A stretch of 64,000 nucleotides of DNA from Robiginitomaculum sp. (GTDB taxonomy: Bacteria; Pseudomonadota; Alphaproteobacteria; Caulobacterales; Maricaulaceae), in contig JAJFFS010000006.1 of the NCBI GenBank assembly GCA_021776515.1, forward strand, positions 39,084-103,083. Direction: 5' to 3'. Below are positions 60,901 through 64,000 of this stretch, piece after piece; position 1 is the first letter of the stretch, and every line of letters begins with the position of its first letter. A program made the translations under genes and the position numbers. The notes beneath the pieces are model-generated. The model was not told the DNA's origin. It ran no database searches and saw nothing but the letters and a program-made list of their open reading frames with translations.

Positions 60901-61244
60901 TAACGGCACCGGCTGCGGCTGGTGATGCACCGATCATGGCCAGGGTTCTACCAACCGGCCGCTGGGCAGTAATGGTCCGCACCACCAAGGGGCTTCTCCA
61001 TGCTCAGGAACCGGGTACGCTTTCTGTCTGGCCTGATGGTTATGCAAAGCTGGAGACCGGCAAGACAAGCATGGCGCTTGATTTGTTTGTAGCCCCGGAT
61101 GGTACCTTTACTGGCCGTGAAGCCAATGGTGTCCTTGCCGGGCAGTTCACCCCGAACCATTCCCTGTTCATGGTCGACGCAAAGAACGACAATACCCGCA
61201 TCGATATATGGGGCGTACACGATACAAGAGGACTGCCAGAGTAA
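57963..61244 (+). CDS. large secreted multi-domain repeat protein (beta-propeller-like repeats, choice-of-anchor-D-like, Ig-like and InlB-B-repeat-like modules)
   Basis: The ATG at 57963 follows RBS ggggga; the track uses GTG at 57894. The signal peptide ends TASAQ. There are seven 52-aa repeats, then [15 protein letters not shown]...ATVSIANDD, then [28 protein letters not shown]...VSYTDGG, then CGVDCTEIF...[16 protein letters not shown]. Confidence 0.8.
   Translation: [1093 protein letters not shown]
58140..59215 (+). repeat. seven in-frame 156-bp tandem repeats (coding)
   Basis: The motif gt(c/t)actgacg recurs at 58158, 58314, 58470, 58626, 58782 and 58938 (exact 156-nt period), with a divergent seventh copy gtctctaacg at 59094. 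Segments 58572-58717 and 58884-59029 differ at only 2 of 146 nt. Confidence 0.9.
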
Positions 61245-61416
61245 ACGCCGCAAATATGAAAAAAGATGATTTTGGTATCCTGACAGGACCAAATGTGGCG
61301 AAATTACGCCTGAAAATAACAACCTGGACCCGATAGACGGCGCCCTTTGTATAGGCTAATACATGTTCGGTACGTAGCCTGTGTTGGCTGCGCCCTTGTT
61401 TGTGGATATGGTACTT

Positions 61417-64000
61417 ATGTTGCGTAAAACCCTTCTGGCCACGGCTGCCTTGCCACTTCTTGGATTTGCCGTTGCTGCCAATGCTCAGGTCGAAATCACC
61501 GATGAGCGTACAGAGCCGATCACTACCGGTACCATTAGTGACGGCGACCCTGGAGACATCATTATCCGGACGGGCGGCTCGGTACTGGTTGGTACTGGCG
61601 TTGCGGTTACTATTGATACAGACAATACCGTAACCAATGAGGGCACAATTGGTTCTCAAGATGCTGATAACACAACAGGTATACTGATCACGGGGGGCAC
61701 CACGGGCGGGTTTACCAATTCAGGCACTATTGACCTCACAGAAGACCACAGCCTCACAGATGATGATGATGACGGGGATCTGGACGGTCCGGCTGCCATT
61801 GGTGCAGGGCGCACAGGCATTCTTATCGAAGGTTCATCGGCCTTTACAGGCGATATAAATAATGAATTGGGCGGACGCATCACTGTTGAAGGTAACTCAT
61901 CAGCTGGTGTGCGCATTATGGCCGGCCTTGACGGTGATTTGAATAACGCCGGCAATATATCTTTGACCGGCGCCAATGGTTATGGCGTACAAATAGCCGG
62001 GATCGTCAATGGCGATATAACCAATACCGGCTCTATTATCGTTAACGGTGAAAACAGTGTCGGCCTGGGTATTGAAGCCCAGGTCAATGGTACCGTAACC
62101 AACACTGGACAAATTGCGTCATCCGGGTTTCGGGAAAACCTGAGGAGAAACTCACTGGAGCAACGTGACCTGCTGGACGATGATGACCTAACCCAGAGTG
62201 GCTCTGCTGTCTCCATAGCGGCCAGCGTTACCGGAGGCTTTCTAAACGGCGCGCAATTGGATGATGCAGGCAACACCTTGCGCACTGGCGAGATATTCGG
62301 ACAAGGCGCGGCACCGGCCGTGCTGATAGCGGCTGGGCTGAACGGCCAGCCAGGCGGCGATGTTGTACTGGGGATGATCGGCACCACCGAAGAAGGTACT
62401 GATTATGGCTTTATCAACAACGGTGCCATATCTTCTTCTGGCATTAATGACGGATTTGCCGCTACAGCCATTCAGGTAAGGGGTGCCGAGGTTGGTGGCA
62501 TCATGCGCCGGGCCATTATCGAAAATGGCATTCTGAATACTGGTGCCATTCGATCAAGCTCATTTGATGCCAGTGCACGTACCGTGTGGATTGGTGAAGG
62601 TGGGTTTGTTAATACCCTGAATAATGCTGGATTTATAGGTAGCACAGTTGTGTCGCAAATTGGCCAGCAAGCCATTTCCATTGCTGTAGATCCGGACGGT
62701 GAAATGAACACTGTTGTCAACACCGGAATCGTTGAATCAGTGTTCACAGGAAGTGGAACCGGTGCCCAGGCAATAGCTATTTATGATGCCTCCGGCACAG
62801 TTGACCTGGTTGAAAACCAGGGGCGAATATCGGCTGTTTTCAATGAGATTTTAACCGAGGGTGAAGTAACTGATCCCAATGACACAACCCGGCATACCGT
62901 GGCGATAGATTTATCAGCTAACACCAATGGGGCAACAGTACGGCAGCTAGGCAATGTCGATTCTGATATTGCCCCGGAGATCACAGGCGATATTCTTCTT
63001 GGCAGTGGTAACGACGTGATTGAACTGACCGCCGGTACAGTTGAAGGCGATATTGTTTTTGGTGATGGCGCTGACCTTCTGACTATTGATGGCGGGGCAG
63101 AGCTTACCGGTGCGCTTTATGACTCAGATGGGCTGTTAACGCTGGATATTCGTGATGGGTTACTGGCTTTGGGCTCTGGTACAAATCTTTCTCTGACAGA
63201 CGCAACATTTGGCGCGAATAGTCGCCTTCAGATGACGTTGGCCGATTCGGCCAACGGTATTATTGGGGCTACTTTCAACGCCTCTGGCAATGTCACTTTT
63301 CTTGAAGGTGCTGCTATTGCCCCCATTTTGAATACCCTGATCGGTGATGGGGGAAGTTTTAATTTTATGCAGGCCAATACCCTGAGTATTGCTGGCACAC
63401 TGGACACACTTCTTGACCCCAACCAGCTCCCCTTCCTCTATAATGTGAGCTTACGGCAAGGTGTTGGTTCCGATAACCTTATCCTTGACCTACAAAGACG
63501 CACAGCAAATGAGCTGGGCTTTGATGTCAATCAGACCGCAGCCTATGATGCCTGGTTCACCGCATTATCCACCAGTACAGATACAGCCCTGGAAACCGCA
63601 TTTGTGAGGCTGACAGCCGCAGATGAGTTCCACGCTGCATACAATCAACTTTTACCGGAGTTTGGTGCTGCCGCTTTACAATTCACCCTGGCCAATACAG
63701 ATGGAACCACCGGTGCAGTCTCCACGCGACTTGATAATGTACGGCGCGGTTATGGCCCGCAGGGTGGTATTTGGGTGCAAGAAATCGGTTATTATATGAG
63801 CCGGAATCTAAGCTCCATTTCCCAGCCTTATAAAGGTTTTGGACTTGGGCTTGCTATCGGTATGGACCGCCCTTTCGGTCCATTTGATGCTGTTGGTATA
63901 GCGGTAAGCGGATTTTCCAACGAGATCAAACAACCAAACAGTTTTGATAAACCGCTGACCTCGCGGTCTGCCCAAATAGGTATGTATAGTGGTGGCAAGT
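61417..64000 (+). CDS. autotransporter (type Va) adhesin-like protein; gene continues past the right edge
   Basis: Absent from the track because it is open-ended. The frame-1 ORF starts at ATG 61417 (or 61408) and reads MLRKTLLATAALPLLGFAVAANAQ. Repetitive G-x-I/V-x-N-x-G beta-helix-type passenger motifs follow. After about 63.5 kb come typical beta-domain junction sequences (RLDNVRRGYGPQGGIWVQEIGYY...GFGLGLAIGMD). Confidence 0.75.
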   Translation, partial: MLRKTLLATAALPLLGFAVAANAQVEITDERTEPITTGTISDGDPGDIIIRTGGSVLVGTGVAVTIDTDNTVTNEGTIGSQDADNTTGILITGGTTGGFTNSGTIDLTEDHSLTDDDDDGDLDGPAAIGAGRTGILIEGSSAFTGDINNELGGRITVEGNSSAGVRIMAGLDGDLNNAGNISLTGANGYGVQIAGIVNGDITNTGSIIVNGENSVGLGIEAQVNGTVTNTGQIASSGFRENLRRNSLEQRDLLDDDDLTQSGSAVSIAASVTGGFLNGAQLDDAGNTLRTGEIFGQGAAPAVLIAAGLNGQPGGDVVLGMIGTTEEGTDYGFINNGAISSSGINDGFAATAIQVRGAEVGGIMRRAIIENGILNTGAIRSSSFDASARTVWIGEGGFVNTLNNAGFIGSTVVSQIGQQAISIAVDPDGEMNTVVNTGIVESVFTGSGTGAQAIAIYDASGTVDLVENQGRISAVFNEILTEGEVTDPNDTTRHTVAIDLSANTNGATVRQLGNVDSDIAPEITGDILLGSGNDVIELTAGTVEGDIVFGDGADLLTIDGGAELTGALYDSDGLLTLDIRDGLLALGSGTNLSLTDATFGANSRLQMTLADSANGIIGATFNASGNVTFLEGAAIAPILNTLIGDGGSFNFMQANTLSIAGTLDTLLDPNQLPFLYNVSLRQGVGSDNLILDLQRRTANELGFDVNQTAAYDAWFTALSTSTDTALETAFVRLTAADEFHAAYNQLLPEFGAAALQFTLANTDGTTGAVSTRLDNVRRGYGPQGGIWVQEIGYYMSRNLSSISQPYKGFGLGLAIGMDRPFGPFDAVGIAVSGFSNEIKQPNSFDKPLTSRSAQIGMYSGGK

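Noticed and set aside
61168-61659. A 163-aa minus-strand ORF spanning the gap between the two large surface-protein genes.
   Set aside because: It overlaps the 3-prime end of one gene and the 5-prime end of the other. It is Arg-rich with no signal or motif. The plus-strand autotransporter frame stays open for more than 2.5 kb.

Overview
Chromosomal segment that looks alphaproteobacterial. The evidence is a GAAC-N7-GAAC SOS box ahead of recA, a CckA-type hybrid kinase beside fliQ-fliR-flhB with a TTAACCAT motif, a DUF1491-like gene, a plant-type gshA and the glnB-glnA pair. Gene density is high and most of the window is housekeeping: alaS, recA, gshA, rsmE, ubiA, recN, bamD, mutAB, prfC, tig, tRNA-Leu, nnr, glnBA. 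Three regions deserve attention. (1) 18.0-31.4 kb holds a complete respiratory nitrate reductase locus, narK1 / narK2-narGHJI / porin. No narXL or classical fnr is present in the window. Instead there is a divergent 526-aa one-component protein that fuses a nitrate/nitrite-sensing NIT domain to a Crp/Fnr module and ends in a four-Cys cluster. Four near-identical TTGAC-N4-(A/G)TCAA boxes sit in front of narK1, narK2-narG, the porin and the regulator itself. This is my best candidate for an undescribed regulatory system. (2) 31.4-33.6 kb holds a sharply AT-rich islet encoding a membrane-anchored protein with a metallothionein-like CxC cluster. Next to it is an orphan 3TM-holin plus M15-peptidase lysis cassette of the gene-transfer-agent type, with no phage structural genes in the window. 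(3) 57.7-64 kb is a surface-protein region: a 1093-aa secreted protein with seven in-frame 156-bp tandem repeats, followed by an autotransporter that runs off the right edge. Smaller oddities are an uncharacterised envelope operon (BcsB-like protein, secreted protein, TonB-dependent receptor), a trigger factor with a histone-H1-like AKKP tail, a 17-bp perfect inverted-repeat pair flanking 227 bp, and a short repeat family shared by two loci. No CRISPR array, rRNA gene, transposase or integrase was seen. All family assignments come from reading motifs in the translations by eye; no searches were run.
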